The position numbers and the translations under genes are program-made. Shown one piece after another: positions 38,946 through 52,828 of a DNA stretch of 64,000 nt. This stretch comes from Octopus sinensis. Lineage: Eukaryota. The stretch spans positions 37,758,001 through 37,822,000 of the forward strand of contig NC_043000.1 in the NCBI RefSeq assembly GCF_006345805.1, read 5' to 3'. Every line of letters begins with the position of its first letter. Position 1 is the stretch's first letter. Under the pieces are notes generated by a model that was not told the origin of the DNA, did no database searches, and saw only the letters and a program-made list of their open reading frames with translations.

Positions 38946-39060
38946 CTATCTCGTTTTTTTTCTATCTCGTTTTTGTGTTTGTTTTATTGTTTTTATATCA
39001 TACATATGGCGAATGTATATATAGACATACATACTAGGTAGACCTGTCTGTCTGTCTGCT

Positions 39061-39110
<50 letters not shown>

Positions 39111-39147
39111 CTATCTATCTATCTATCTATATATGCATACATTATAA

Positions 39148-39205
<58 letters not shown>

Positions 39206-39519
39206 AGGTGTGTGTGTGTGTGTAATGCCCATATAGAATACATGAATGTCACAGGCCAGGCGAGACAAACTTACCACGGAGGAACCCATAGTAATGGCGT
39301 AATATCGATATCAACCACTCTGGTGATTCCGAGGCAAAATTACAAGCATAGTCTGTGACATTCGGGTGTTCTTCAACATTCGGTGTTCGCGCTAGGTTCG
39401 CTTTCTCTGGGCGCTGTCCGGCAGCGGATTTGGCGTATAAACAAGTCACACACTATGTATGTGCGACCTAAGATACACACACGCACATGTATATGCATAT
39501 ATATTATATTATTCTTTTT

Positions 39520-39795
39520 TATTCTTTAAATTGTTTCAGTCATTTGACTGCGGCCATGCTGGAGCACCACATTTAGTTTAACAAATCGACCCCAGGACCT
39601 ATTCTTTGTAAACCTAGTACTTATTTAATCGGTCTCTTTGCCAAACCGCTAAGTTAAGGAAAACACACCAACATCGGTTGTCAAGCGATCGTGGAGGGAA
39701 GGACAACCACACACGGACCAATACACACGTACATACATACATACATACATGCGTATATATAATAATATATATATATATATATATAGGTGTGGTGT

Positions 39796-39841
<46 letters not shown>

Positions 39842-39992
39842 GGTGTGTGTGTATATGCGACGGTCTTCTTTCAGTTTCCATCTACCAAATCCACTTACAA
39901 GGTTTTGGTAAGCCCGAAGCTATAAGACACTTACCCAAGGTGCCATGCAGTGAAACTGATCCAGGAGCTATGTGGTTGGGAAGCAAGCTTCT
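39520..39992 (-). mobile_element. SINE family A
   Basis: Reverse complement of the family A consensus seen at 27011. Confidence 0.85.
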
Positions 39993-40170
39993 TATTTCTT
40001 TACTGCCCACAAGGGGTTACACACAGAGGGGACAAACAAGCACAGACAAACGGATTAAGTGGATTATATCGACCCCAGTGCGTAACTGGTACTTATTTAC
40101 TTTCTACTCCTAAAGGATGAAAAGTAAAGTTGACCTCGGCGGAATTTGAACTCAGAACGTAGCGGCTGAC
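39993..40170 (-). mobile_element. SINE family B, 5'-truncated
   Basis: TATTTCTTTACTGCCCAC...GACCTCGGCGGAATTTGAACTCAG. Confidence 0.85.
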
Positions 40171-40171
40171 G

Positions 40172-40207
<36 letters not shown>

Positions 40208-40454
40208 AATTCAAATAAACGAATAAAAATGGACAACATGAAGAGGGGCATAAGAAATGTATTAGCTTGACGCTCACTGAAAGGAGAGAGTTTGATGTTT
40301 CTTGCTTAGTTTCTCGTAGGAAAGGAGAAAGGGAGAAGTCCAAGGAAGGAAAAGAAATCGCCAACCGCACATGTGTAAAGTTGCCATATATATATATATA
40401 TATATAATATATATAATATATATATATATATATCCGTGTGTGTGTGTGCATATG

Positions 40455-40500
<46 letters not shown>

Positions 40501-40511
40501 ATATATATATA

Positions 40512-41679
40512 CAGGGTGCGTAATGTATTTGAGGACATATATTTTGGGGTTCATTGCTGCATCTTTGCTCACTCTGTATAATCTTTGTTTCAGAAAATAA
40601 TAATGGCAGACGCTCATCTTACTGAAGAAAGGAAGACACTTCGCTGCTGTGATTATAAAGACTGAGTATGGCGATTTAAAAATTTCGCGATTTTTAAAAG
40701 TTGCCAGATCTTTTGTGTACAAAGTTTGCAAGGAGCTAGAGTGTCAAAGCATAAAAAGCATTCTAAACCCTCTGAAATCATCAGAACACTTGAATTTATC
40801 CAGCAAGTTTAACCGCTGAATGTCGGTGAGGTCAATTGCAAAAAGATCCCCACGTGTCAGAAGTAACAGTCAGAAATATTTCCCACGAAGACATCAGATA
40901 TAAGTCTTATATGATGAGGAAAGATAACTTTGTCAGAAAAAGCAACAGAAAATCACTACATCAAATCTGAAAGGTTTTTAAAGAAACTGAAAAATCCAGC
41001 AGAAGAAAATTTGATTTGGTTTTTCGCAAGATCATAACATTACCAGAAGAAATGAAAGATGTGTATGTGCAGACCCTTCTGAAGTTCCAAGTGTTATGCA
41101 TACAAATTTCATGCAACTGTCATGGTTTTAGGGGTTGTCGGCAAGAAGGACATGTGATGCCCCTTTACGCCTTTCCACAAGGCCTTAGAATTAACTCAGC
41201 CGCCAACATTGAGCTCAAGCCCTGGATAAGACAGTGTATGCAACGGAAGGCCATATGTGTTTCAGTAAGACTCTGTACTATCACAAATGGCTCTAGTAAC
41301 ACAGGAATGGATGACAGAACATTTTCATGATCCCATAAACTCTAACATTTGGGCTCCCAATTCCCCAGGTTTCAATCCATTCGGCTATTATAAGTGGAGT
41401 GTTGTTGAGTGAGAGGTCATTAAACACTCCCATAATATGAAATATTCTTTAAAAGCTGCCATAGTCAATGTAATGTGCAAAACGAACCAGGATCATTTCA
41501 TTCGATCTCATACAGAAGCAGTTGTGGAAGCTGAAGGTGGTTTTATTGAATAGCATTATAGAAAAGAAGGTTTATTTTTTTATCCTCACAGCATCTTTTG
41601 ATAAATAAAGTTTTAATCTGCTATTATATATATGTTTTATTTATAACCATAAATCAGTCCGCAAATATCTTACGCACCG
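40512..41679 (+). mobile_element. maT/Bmmar1-like element with TIRs, decayed, inserted in (TA)n
   Basis: TIRs CAGGGTGCGTAATGTATTTGAGGAC / GTCCGCAAATATCTTACGCACCG; ATG at 40603; WAPNSPGFNPFGYY...EAEGGFIE*. Confidence 0.85.
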
Positions 41680-41781
41680 TATATATATATATATATATAT
41701 ATACGTATTTCTATGTGGTATGAGTGCATGTATGTATATATATACATGCATACATACACACACACCAACACACACACACAC

Positions 41782-41825
<44 letters not shown>

Positions 41826-41899
41826 TATATATATATATACATACATACATACATACTTACATATATACATACGTACATACATATATACATACATATATA

Positions 41900-41987
<88 letters not shown>

Positions 41988-42056
41988 GATAGATAGATAG
42001 ATAGATAGATAGATAGAGGGACAGACAGATAGATACAGATAGATTGCTAGATAGAG

Positions 42057-42104
<48 letters not shown>

Positions 42105-42210
42105 CATACATAGAAAGATAGACAATCAGATAGATAGATAGCTAACTAGACAGACAGACAGATAGATAGATAGATAGATAGATAGATCGACAGATAGATA
42201 GACAGACGTA
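41680..42210. repeat. Compound (TA)n/(CATA)n/(GATA)n
   Basis: Direct reading. Confidence 0.95.
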
Positions 42211-42561
42211 CATATACTCAAATTGCTGATTTATAAGTCTATTCATACGGTCATATATAACTGCAGCTGTATTAACCTGAAACGCACCTAGTGGCACCCT
42301 AACATTCCTGCTTCTGCTAATTCCCGCCCAAATGCCGAAAAAACATATATTAAACATACATGGACATACATAATCCTTACATATTACACACATTCACACA
42401 CACACCAACACATACACACATGCACACACATACACACACATATACATGCACACACACATATATAGTTATATATATAAATATATATATATACGTGCATGTA
42501 TGTATGTATATATGTATGTATGTATGTATGTATGTCTCTCTTTCTCTTTCTCTCTCTCTCC

Positions 42562-42607
<46 letters not shown>

Positions 42608-42725
42608 TCATGCATATATGTATACATGCGCATGTTTGCATATTAGCGAAATGAAATAAGCCTTTTAATAGATTGGATCATTGTCTACACACATCCGCGT
42701 ATATTACAATGTACACACACACACA

Positions 42726-42770
<45 letters not shown>

Positions 42771-43187
42771 TATGCGTGTGTGTGTGTTAAAAGTGCTGAG
42801 AGAGAGAGAGAGGGGGGAGAGAAAATGAGAGAGGCCGCCTGCATCTCTTAGATTCTGTGGGACAGTTTAATCAGAATGCAGTAATAAACCAAAAATGCAA
42901 GTCCAATTGGCTCGACACTTCTTTTACGACATTAACAACTTATTTTGTTGCTGTTGTTGTTATTTCTTATTGTTTGCTTCCACATCTACCATCTCTATCA
43001 TGCTGCACCCACTTCACACGCCAACGTTATGTGTGCACGCGTGTGTGTGTGTGTGTGCGCATGTATGTGTAGTAAGTATATATACACATATACATAGATA
43101 TATAAATACGTACATATTCATATTTAAATATATATTTATATATATGTACATACTTATATAAGCATATAGATGTTCACATACATATGC

Positions 43188-43233
<46 letters not shown>

Positions 43234-43435
43234 ATATACATATACATAAATAAAAATATATATGCCAGTATATATATATATATGCATTCATATATATATA
43301 TATATATATATACATTCATATATACATTCATATATATATATATATATATACATACATACATACATATACCAAAAAATCTCGATCACGTAGATATCCCACA
43401 GACAGATGGATAGCTATTCATAAACACGTATGTAT

Positions 43436-43493
<58 letters not shown>

Positions 43494-44267
43494 CACGCTC
43501 TCATGTATGTTTGTACATATGTATTTATTTATGAATACTTGCGTTCATGTATGTATATAATTTACTTTCCGTCTCCTCACATACAAAACAGATCTCGCAC
43601 ATATACAAAAATACTGACCTGCAAATATAAACCTTCTTGATTATATTTGCAAGCAATTTTACATACGAATACCGCTTAAAACAATATACAACACGAATGG
43701 GTTGGAGGGGTATGACTCTTGACTCTTTTTTATATTTCCAGACCAGACCCCTCCCCACAGACTGCCACCAACGCGACCCCCCGGTAGTAAGTTATTCAAT
43801 TTTATGTAAGAAGCATTAACAGTAAGAAACAAAAAGAAGCTGTAGTTTGGCGTACATATGTGTCGTAAACAACGTGACTGTCAGAAGAGCAGCCATATTC
43901 CGTGGAAAATATTTCAACAGTTCTAGAATCCAATGTTTTGGCAAAATTACTAAATTTCTGTGTGAACGTAGACCTTTTCTTTGTCAAAACATCAACTCCG
44001 CCACCAGAAGCAGCAGCCACCTCGCCATAACAGCACCACCAACACTCCACGGTAGTTTTGCAACCATCCGTTCCAGGATGATTAACCCGTGGGTCACTCA
44101 ACTAGTAGAAACCCTATCCAGGCTATTAATTATTTCTATAAATCAACGAATTGCGATGATTTCAACGAAATGCTTGCTGCAATAGAAGCCAGATTTCGTA
44201 AAGGTTATTACACCAACGTAAAATGTATATAAATATACATGCGTTTGTGTATGCATGTATATATATA

Positions 44268-44330
<63 letters not shown>

Positions 44331-44601
44331 GGGTGTGATAAAGAGATACGCACACACATACACGCATATATAAATGTAGATAGGTACATAGATAGATAGA
44401 TAGATAGTGTGTGCGTGCGTGTGTATATACATGTAAAATAACACACGTTTGGTGAGTGTGTTCATAATGTGTATTGAGAAATCAGCTGAAAGGAAGATGA
44501 AATAAATAGCATGTGTGAAAACTTATGTATGCATGTATGCATGTGAATATATATATATATAATATAATATATATATATATATAATATATATATAATATAT
44601 A

Positions 44602-44714
<113 letters not shown>

Positions 44715-45155
44715 GTTTATGTATATGTATATATAAATATGTTTACGTATATGTATATATATATGTTTATATATATGTATGCATTTACATATACACATAT
44801 GTGTATGTGTGCGTGTGTATGTGCGTGTGTGTACTTATGGATTTGGTCAATTTCTATGCAATGCACGTTAGTTGCAATAATTCCAAGAGGAATTGATTGT
44901 TCAACGATTCTTCCTTCGTCAATCATGGAGAGGCGAAATCTTCTTCGATCCGGATTTCTATCGGGACAACATGATATGGCTCTCTTCACACTGTCTCATC
45001 GAGCGGCAGACCTACACAAACAGATTTCAAGTATCTGGTCTCTTTGACATTGTAAACATGCATATATGTGTTTATCTGCGCATGATACACACACAGGCAC
45101 ACACACACACACATACACACTCACACACACACACACGCACACACACACATACACA

Positions 45156-45191
<36 letters not shown>

Positions 45192-45313
45192 TATATATAT
45201 ATATTATATATTACATATGTATGCATGCATGTATGTATGCAGAAGAAGAAGGAAGAAGAAGAAGAAAAACAAGAAGAAGAAGAAGAAGAAGAAGAAGAGG
45301 AAAGAAGAAGAAG

Positions 45314-45650
45314 ACCCCCCTTCGGCCATGAATGACCATGGGATTGTACTTAGAAAGTTACCCTCCGAGGCACAAGTCTGGGCAAGGTTGTTTATGGAAG
45401 ACCAGCAGTCGCCCATGCATACCAGCCTCTCCTCTCCACACCACTGATGTTATCCAAGGGAAAGGCAAAGGGACTGATACAGCTTGGCACCAGTGACACC
45501 ACAACTCTTTTCTACAGCTGTGCGAACTGAGCAACATGAAATAAAGTATCTTCCTCAAGGTTACAACACGCAGCCCGGTCCCGGAATCGAACTCACAACC
45601 TCACAGTCGTAATCCCGATGCTCTAATCAGTTAGCCATGAGCCTTCACCC
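45314..45650 (-). mobile_element. SINE family C (tRNA head, CORE-like body, (TTC)n tail)
   Basis: Head reverse complement GTGAAGGCTCATGGCTAACTGATTAGAG...GAGTTCGATTCCGGG; AAATAAAGTATCTTCCTCAAGG block; followed by (GAA)n 45240-45312. Confidence 0.8.
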
Positions 45651-45679
45651 TTTACCATTATATATTGTACAGGAACATA

Positions 45680-46220
45680 GTAAAAATGCAGAGTCTATCC
45701 GTGATCTTGGGGTGGGGAGAGGAACTGTAACAAGTATATACATTCTCAAATACTCACCCCGTCCTAACTACCCAACGAAACTAACTAATCTACCACAAGC
45801 AAACCTCTACCCAGCGAATTTACCAGCGCAAGAACAAAATTTCAATGTAAGAATTACCACTTTGTTTACATTACCATCACATATGTATCAATTATTTTCG
45901 CATCCTGACCGATGCATCTATCTATATTCGCATTCTGAAGAGATTTACTTAACCCAATAAATCGAAACGATCGTAAATGCTACCCTCATCTCTGCTTCTT
46001 CCTCCTTTGTTACCTATTTAATTAAAGACATACCAGCGTAAACCACGAGCTTCCCATTGTTGTTTTATCCATTTTCTTCTCCTATATAAACTAAACTTCG
46101 TTTTACCAACCGATCCACTTGCTACCGTACAACCTTACAAAAGACTGTACCAACCGAGCTAATAGCCTGGAGCGACTCTGGATTTAATTATCCCTTAGAG
46201 GTATTAAACCCCTCTAACTT
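45680..46220 (+). mobile_element. Penelope-like 3' end (ORF terminus plus UTR with hammerhead)
   Basis: ...SIYILKYSPRPN resembles the GIY-YIG C-terminal YIxKYxPxLN; intact HHR about 180 nt downstream; boundaries approximate. Confidence 0.45.
45930..45980 (+). ncRNA. Intact type I hammerhead ribozyme (family D)
   Basis: GCATT-CTGAAGA-GATTTA(CTTAACCCAA)TAAATC-GAA-ACGATCGT-A-AATGC: perfect stems I and II, palindromic stem III, GUA cleavage after 45975. Confidence 0.85.
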
Positions 46221-46360
46221 GATACTCATACATATATATATATACACACTCATAAAGGCATACATTCACACTCACCGCATGTATGAATATACATATATGT
46301 ATATATGTACACACACACACAGAGACACACACACACACAGAGACACACACACACACACAG

Positions 46361-46426
<66 letters not shown>

Positions 46427-47029
46427 TCAAAATGAGGGTGAAAAATTGGATATTAATTTGATAACATTAATTTTAACACCAGTGGTCTAGCATATAAAAA
46501 AACTGAGATTCAGTAAATAGTATTTCATACATAAATATATGAGGGAATTATTTTACCACTATGTGGAAACCCTTACGCTAGAAGATCCGCTATGGTCTGA
46601 ACCACTAAGAATTGTTCTCCAGAAAAATTTAGCACACCAGAAACGTAAGCGTGCAAGACAAAGGAAAAATAAAACTATAGATTAATCATAAGCTATTGTT
46701 TCACTATCAACAAATTACGTAATTCTACTTACATAATTTATCAGTAGATCGTCAGTATGATCATCTATGCAAAATATAATTTGCAGAACTTCACGCCAGA
46801 TATCAACAAAGGTCGAAAATGCATGCAGTTCTACCTATTACATTTGCGGTTATTTTCAAAAGTCTTCGTTTAGACTTTTGAAAATAACCACAAATGGATC
46901 TTGGTCGGGGCCCAAAACCGTAACAGGTATTTTGTCATATTTGGACATGACCCAAAAGTTCAGTTCTATAATTTAGACATGTAGCGGAGTCCAAGGAACT
47001 TTTCCAGATGAGCCATCTTTCCACATCTC

Positions 47030-47601
47030 AAAGACCGCTCTTACTATTACCGTTGGTATAAGGTTTACAATTAGCCAGATCTTCCAATAAATCGTATAGC
47101 TAACACCTTGTTCTTTAAGAACTATATAAGACTGGATAATTTAGTCGTTTTTCGTTTATCTCCATGTCTGAAGTGATTATTGAACCTTGCTTTAAAATTC
47201 CTCTCTGTGTAGCCCACATATCTCTTCGAAGAAACTGTGTTATTAGCGTTCGTAGAATTTACAGTAGCTTCATAAATAATGGCCTCGATCATACAGGCTC
47301 CATTTATCAGGCACAAGTCTTTATCCCTGCTGGAACATCCGGCATCGTGTTGTTTTTTTGCGTTGTATGCAGTTATGTTTATAAAAATTTTAGTTGAACT
47401 AAAACTAATTTTTAGGTTATGCCTATTAAAGAGTTTCCTATATTTATGATGTATTGGAAAATGTCTGTCTAGAAGTGGCAAGAAATATTTACCTATATTA
47501 AAATTCACTTCGCGGGAGTAAGGGTGTGTGAACCAGATAAGTTTCCTGTGTCTATGTTTTCTTTTCTGGCTTTCACTAAAAATACCAATGGACCAGCGCA
47601 A
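47030..47601 (-). mobile_element. Penelope-like linker plus GIY-YIG endonuclease remnant (inverted arm)
   Basis: RKLIWFTHPYS..NIGKYFL.LLDRHFP..HKY.KLFNRHNLKISFS, CLINGAC..IIYEATV...YVGYTERNFKARFNNH. Confidence 0.85.
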
Positions 47602-48155
47602 GATCGGTTAAGGAAGGATATTATCCATCTCATGAAAACATTCGACCTAAGCATGACAATAGACACCAACCTGACGGTTGTCAATTTCCTTGCGTATCTC
47701 TGGATTTACAAAAGAATATTTACAAACCCTATAAGAAGCCCAGCGATAGACTTAGTTATATTAAAGTAGGTTCCTGCCGCCCTCTCATAGCGGTTAAGAA
47801 TTTAGTTACGGATATTTCTAGCCCCTCCTCCGATATAAAAACACATAAAAATGCTGCCCCAATATATAACAAAGCTCTTTAAGCTAGTGGATTTAAAGAG
47901 GAAATAGCTTACACGCCTGTTATTAGGCCAGAAATAAAGAAAAGAAAACATAGATACGGGAAACGTACCTGGTTCACACCCCCTTACTCCCCAAAGTAAC
48001 CTTTAATATAGGTAAATATTTCTTGTCACTTATAGATAGGCACTTTCCAGTAAATCATAAATATAGGAAACTCTTTAATAGGCACAACCTTAACATTTTT
48101 TAAGTTCAGCCACAAATTAAAAAAATATAATTGCACACAACGCCAAAAAAAAAAA
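47560..48155 (+). mobile_element. Penelope-like RT C-terminus and linker remnant
   Basis: GPAQDRLRKDII...TIDTNLTVVNFL..SLDLQKNIYKPYKKP, WFTPPYS, DRHFP.NHKY.KLFNRHNL. Confidence 0.85.
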
Positions 48156-48276
48156 ACAGAGCTGTGACCTAATGAAGTTTGTACGATAATCCTTCATTTC
48201 TTTGTAATTCATATTTTTTCCTACCTATTAGAGTAACTTCCCTTTTATTCAACGTATTTTTTTATAGCATCTATTG

Positions 48277-48345
48277 TCATAATACCGGATGAAAATGCGT
48301 CGCAACTCTTAGCCCCGGCATTCAAAACTCTGAATCCTATTATGA
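48277..48345 (+). ncRNA. Degenerate type I hammerhead 3' of the Penelope remnant
   Basis: TCATAATA-C-CGGATGA-AAATGC...GCATTC-AAAAC-TCTGAAT-C-C-TATTATGA: 8-bp stem I, core substitutions. Confidence 0.4.
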
Positions 48346-48418
48346 TAACTTACTGATTGTCCTAAACTATACATGTATAAATTCCTTTACCTAATATAGA
48401 AGTCTCATTCTTTTGTTG

Positions 48419-48478
<60 letters not shown>

Positions 48479-48595
48479 GCATGCATGTGTATATGTACAC
48501 GTCTACATACATATAAATTGTGTATATATGCATATATGTATATATATATATATGTGTGTATATGCCTATATACATACATGCAAACATATATATTC

Positions 48596-48644
<49 letters not shown>

Positions 48645-48668
48645 ATATATACATACATACATATGCAT

Positions 48669-48708
<40 letters not shown>

Positions 48709-49109
48709 TTATACACATATATATATCTGTATGCATATGTATATGCATATGTACATATACACACAGCTTTGGTTTGCATTTCCTTGTTTTCTATTTGTTT
48801 TTAATGTCTGCATCAGACACAACAACATCAGGCAACTCTGTAACAGGAAGTTGGCCTATTACTTTACTTATTTATTCTCATGAAAGAATAGGAAAAACAA
48901 GAAAGAAAGAAGGAAAGAAAGAGAGAAACAAAGAGAGAAAGAAAAGCAATAAATTATAAACAAAAACAGAGAGAGAAAATAAATAGAAATCGAGTTTGGG
49001 CAAAATATGAATTTTGCCAATTATAAATTATTTTAATATTATTGTTCTAATGAAGATGAATTACACTAGAGCTATTAAAGGATTGATGTTTATATTAATT
49101 ATATATCAA

Positions 49110-49330
49110 GAATGGCCTTGTGGTTTCGAAGTTTGCTTCCCAACTATGTGGTGCAGGGTTTTTTTTTCCCCGCAGAGGATAGCGGACCACCGATATTTTG
49201 AGCGCATTTCGGTTGGCGGAATCACGTCGCCTAAGTATGACTGTGCTTAGGAACGGGAAGTATGTCTGAAATATGCACGCATTAGCACTAATGGTGGTGC
49301 CCCAGCATGGCCACAAACTGTACCTGAAAC
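49110..49330 (+). mobile_element. Degenerate tRNA-derived SINE
   Basis: TGGCCTTGTGGTTTCGAAG head; GGTGGTGCCCCAGCATGGCCAC tail. Confidence 0.55.
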
Positions 49331-49504
49331 CGGTGAAAAAAAAAATATATATATATATATTTGTATGTACATGTATATATGTATACTTATATACAATATA
49401 TTTACATACATACATACATATAAATATATATATATTATGTGTGTGTGTGTGTGTGTGTGTGTATGGGTGCATACATTTATATGAGTACATGTATATATAC
49501 ATAT

Positions 49505-49625
49505 ACGCTAGTACTTACTTTTTAAGCCTTGTACTTAATCTGGCTATTTTTGTTGCCGAGTGGCTTGGTTACATTGACGTAAACAAACAAACACCGGTTC
49601 TCAAGCAGTGATGGAGGACAAACAC
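49505..49625 (-). mobile_element. Partial SINE family A
   Basis: CTAGTACTTA...CACCGGTTCTCAAGCAGTG. Confidence 0.6.
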
Positions 49626-50114
49626 AAATGCAAAAATATACACAAATAGATTATCTTTCTCTCTCTCTCTCTCCCTCTCTCCCTCTCTATCTATCTATCT
49701 ATCTCTCACTGCACACACACACACACACATTTTTCGCTTTGTTATTGAGAGACTAGTAACCCGGTGTACAAATCAATATATGTATCCTTCAGAAAGAAAG
49801 TATTGGCTGAGTATACCGCAGAAATAAGAAAGAGAGCTGAGGAAGAAATAAATGATTGTCATATGACCTTCATAAGCTTACAGCTGTTTCCGCTGCAAGA
49901 TGCAGCGGACTCGTATATGCCCGAATTACACCTTCTAAGTTCATCGGAGCCTCTAATACGAAGTGCACTTAATATTCGATGTTCCACTGAAGGTATAAGA
50001 CGTCATTCAGGCACTTAACTACGAGTCTACGGCTTCTTATCGCAGAAACAGCTGTAACCTAACATACGATAATCCTCCACTTTGTCATTTTTTTCTTTCA
50101 CCCACTTAAACATG

Positions 50115-50148
<34 letters not shown>

Positions 50149-50189
50149 CACACACGCACAACACACATACAAACGCACACATATATACA

Positions 50190-50392
50190 CGACAGGCTTC
50201 TTTCAATTTCTGTCTACCAAATCCACTCACGAGGTTTGGGCCATGCCGTGGCTATAGTAGCCACACGGTCGGCCCGGGGCTTTGGTCGGTTCGAGGCTAT
50301 AGCAGAAGACACTTGCCCAACGTTCCATGCAGTGGGACTGAACCTAGAAGCATGTTGTTGCGAAGCAAACTTCGTACCACATAGCCACGCCT
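50190..50392 (-). mobile_element. SINE family A, 5' half with internal duplication
   Basis: TCTACCAAATCCACTCAC...CTATAG...GACACTTGCCCAA...CCACATAGCCACG. Confidence 0.75.
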
Positions 50393-50529
50393 GTGCAAAA
50401 CTTATCCAACTCTGTGGTACCATGTTAAATATTTTTTTGTAATCTGCACATGTTTTTTTTCCAGATTGGGTGGTATTGAACCCAGTGCTCCGACGACAAT
50501 AGGGATAACCTTTATGCTCACCTCTCATG

Positions 50530-50532
50530 CCT

Positions 50533-50576
<44 letters not shown>

Positions 50577-50686
50577 CATCATCATCATCATCATTATCAT
50601 CATTATTATTATTATTATTATATTATTATTATTACTATTATTATTATTATACTACTACTACTACTACTACTATTATTATTATTATA

Positions 50687-50717
<31 letters not shown>

Positions 50718-50792
50718 TATTATTATTACTACTACTACTACTACTATTATTATTATTATTATTATATTACTATTATATTATTATTATATTAC

Positions 50793-50827
<35 letters not shown>

Positions 50828-50854
50828 TATTATTATTATTATTATTATTATCAT
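50530..50854. repeat. (CAT)n(TAT)n(TAC)n compound trinucleotide array
   Basis: Direct reading. Confidence 0.95.
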
Positions 50855-51408
50855 TGAGTGAGAGAGCAGTTCATGCCATCAAAGTGACACTGGGGTAAAA
50901 TATACGAAGCCCAATATACCCATCATGACTACCCGTATGATAAAGGTACACCAGGCACATGCATCACAACCATATGTGCGCGACATGGTGATCTCATATC
51001 AAGATAAACAGCACATGACCTTGCAGGTGGGGCCCAGTTAGAATTTTTTTCAGGTTGAGTAGCCCATCCCGCTCAAACGGTCCCTGAATAAGGGTTGTTT
51101 AAGGATGTTGAAAGAACCACCCATGTTTCCAGAGGTGAACTATTCAAACCCCAAAGAATCCCTCTCAACACATGGCTATGATGCTCCCCCACTACTTCTG
51201 CTCGTGATCAGAGATGCACATATCGTCAGCCACTAAGGGACATGCTCAACTGGTTATGGTCAAACAACTGACAAGCAAATCTGTGGTATTGAGCAGAATA
51301 TTTGCTGTAGCCCATCTTTTATACCAAGACAAAACAATGTACATGATAACACTTCAAATCAGTTAAGATCAGAAGCCATGAGAGCCACTGCCTGGTACTG
51401 CATCAGGG

Positions 51409-51410
<2 letters not shown>
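50855..51410. repeat. ~555-bp TAA-embedded repeat, copy 2
   Basis: Near-identical to 32595-33150; (TTA)n on both sides. Confidence 0.9.
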
Positions 51411-51472
<62 letters not shown>

Positions 51473-51498
51473 AATTTTTATTATCATTATTATTGCTA

Positions 51499-51670
51499 AG
51501 GCGCAGGAGTGGCTGCGTGGTAAGTAGCTTGCTTCCAAACCACATGGTTCCGGGTTCAGTTACACTGCGTGGCACCTTGGGTAGGTGTCTCCTACTATAG
51601 CCTCGGGCCAACCAAAGCCTTGTGCGTGGATTTGGTAGACGGAAACGGAAAGAAGCCCGTCGTATATGAG

Positions 51671-51706
<36 letters not shown>

Positions 51707-51932
51707 CGTGCGGGCGTGCAGGTGTGTCTATGTTTGTGTGTCTCTGTTTGTCCCCCCACCTCAACATCATTTGACAACCGATACTGGTGTGTTCACGTTC
51801 CTGTAATTTAGCAGTTCGGCAAAAGAGCCCGATAGAAGTACTAAGCTTACAAAGAATAAGTCTTGGGTTGACTTACTCAACTAAAGGCGGTGCTCCAGCA
51901 TGGCCGCAATCAAATCACTGAAACAAATAAAA
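51499..51932 (+). mobile_element. SINE family A, full length
   Basis: GGCGCAGGAGTGGCTGCGTGGTAAG head through GAAACAAATAAAAG. Confidence 0.9.
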
Positions 51933-51945
51933 GAAGAAAAGAAGA

Positions 51946-52340
51946 GGCAGCGAGCTGGCAGAACCGTCAGCACGCCGGGCGAAATGCTTAGCGGTATTTC
52001 GTCTGCCGCTATGTTCTGAGTTCAAATTCCGCCGAGGTCGACTTTGCCTTTCATCCTTTCGGGGTCGATTAAATAAGTACCAGTTACGCACTGAGGTCGA
52101 TGTAATCGACTTAATCCGTTTTTCTGTCCTTGTTTGTCCTCTCTGTGTTTAGCTTCTTGCGGGTAGTAAAGAAATAGGTATTTCGCCCGTCGCTACGTTC
52201 TGAGTTCAGACTCCGCCGAGGTCGACTTTGCCTTTTATCCTTTCTGTGTTGATATATTAAGTACCAGTGAAACACTGGGGTCGATGTAACTGACTTAATC
52301 CCCAGCCCCAAGCTGCCCTTGTGGCAAAAATTTGAAACCA
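51946..52340 (+). mobile_element. SINE family B plus tandem truncated second unit
   Basis: Same dimer junction (AAATAGGTATTTCG) as 19861-20248. Confidence 0.85.
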
Positions 52341-52664
52341 TTATTATTATTACTTAAATCGTTGATCTAGTTGATGTTGTTCATTAATGAATGTAATTAA
52401 TGATTAAGATGTTAGTTTGTGGTTTAATTATATGTGTATTGTGAAAAATATAACGCGAAAATACTGACTTCATTGTCAATCTAATGTTGGTAGTGATTTA
52501 GCAACGAAGATTCTTCAGATTCGTGGAATACTTTTCTCGGTGTGAGAACGTAGAGATAAATTTCACAAATCTAATGTGTGTGCGTGTGCGTATATACATA
52601 TGTTATATACATACATTCCCGTAAACACCACACACACACACACACACACAAGTATATATATATA

Positions 52665-52733
<69 letters not shown>

Positions 52734-52797
52734 AGACAGAGATAGATATAAATAGAGATATATAGATGTATATAAACTCATATATGTACATTCATAT

Positions 52798-52828
<31 letters not shown>

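Noticed and set aside
40290-40330. Decayed PLE-like tail with GAAACATC on the minus strand
   Set aside because: Core too degraded to call a ribozyme
43847-44185. 112-aa ORF with a faint C-type-lectin-like end (KFLCER)
   Set aside because: TTG start, no conserved lectin motif pattern, no splice support
46570-46655. ACGCT-AGAAGA...GAAACGTA-AGCGT hammerhead-like arrangement
   Set aside because: Core is not CUGANGA and no clear stem II closes at the junction
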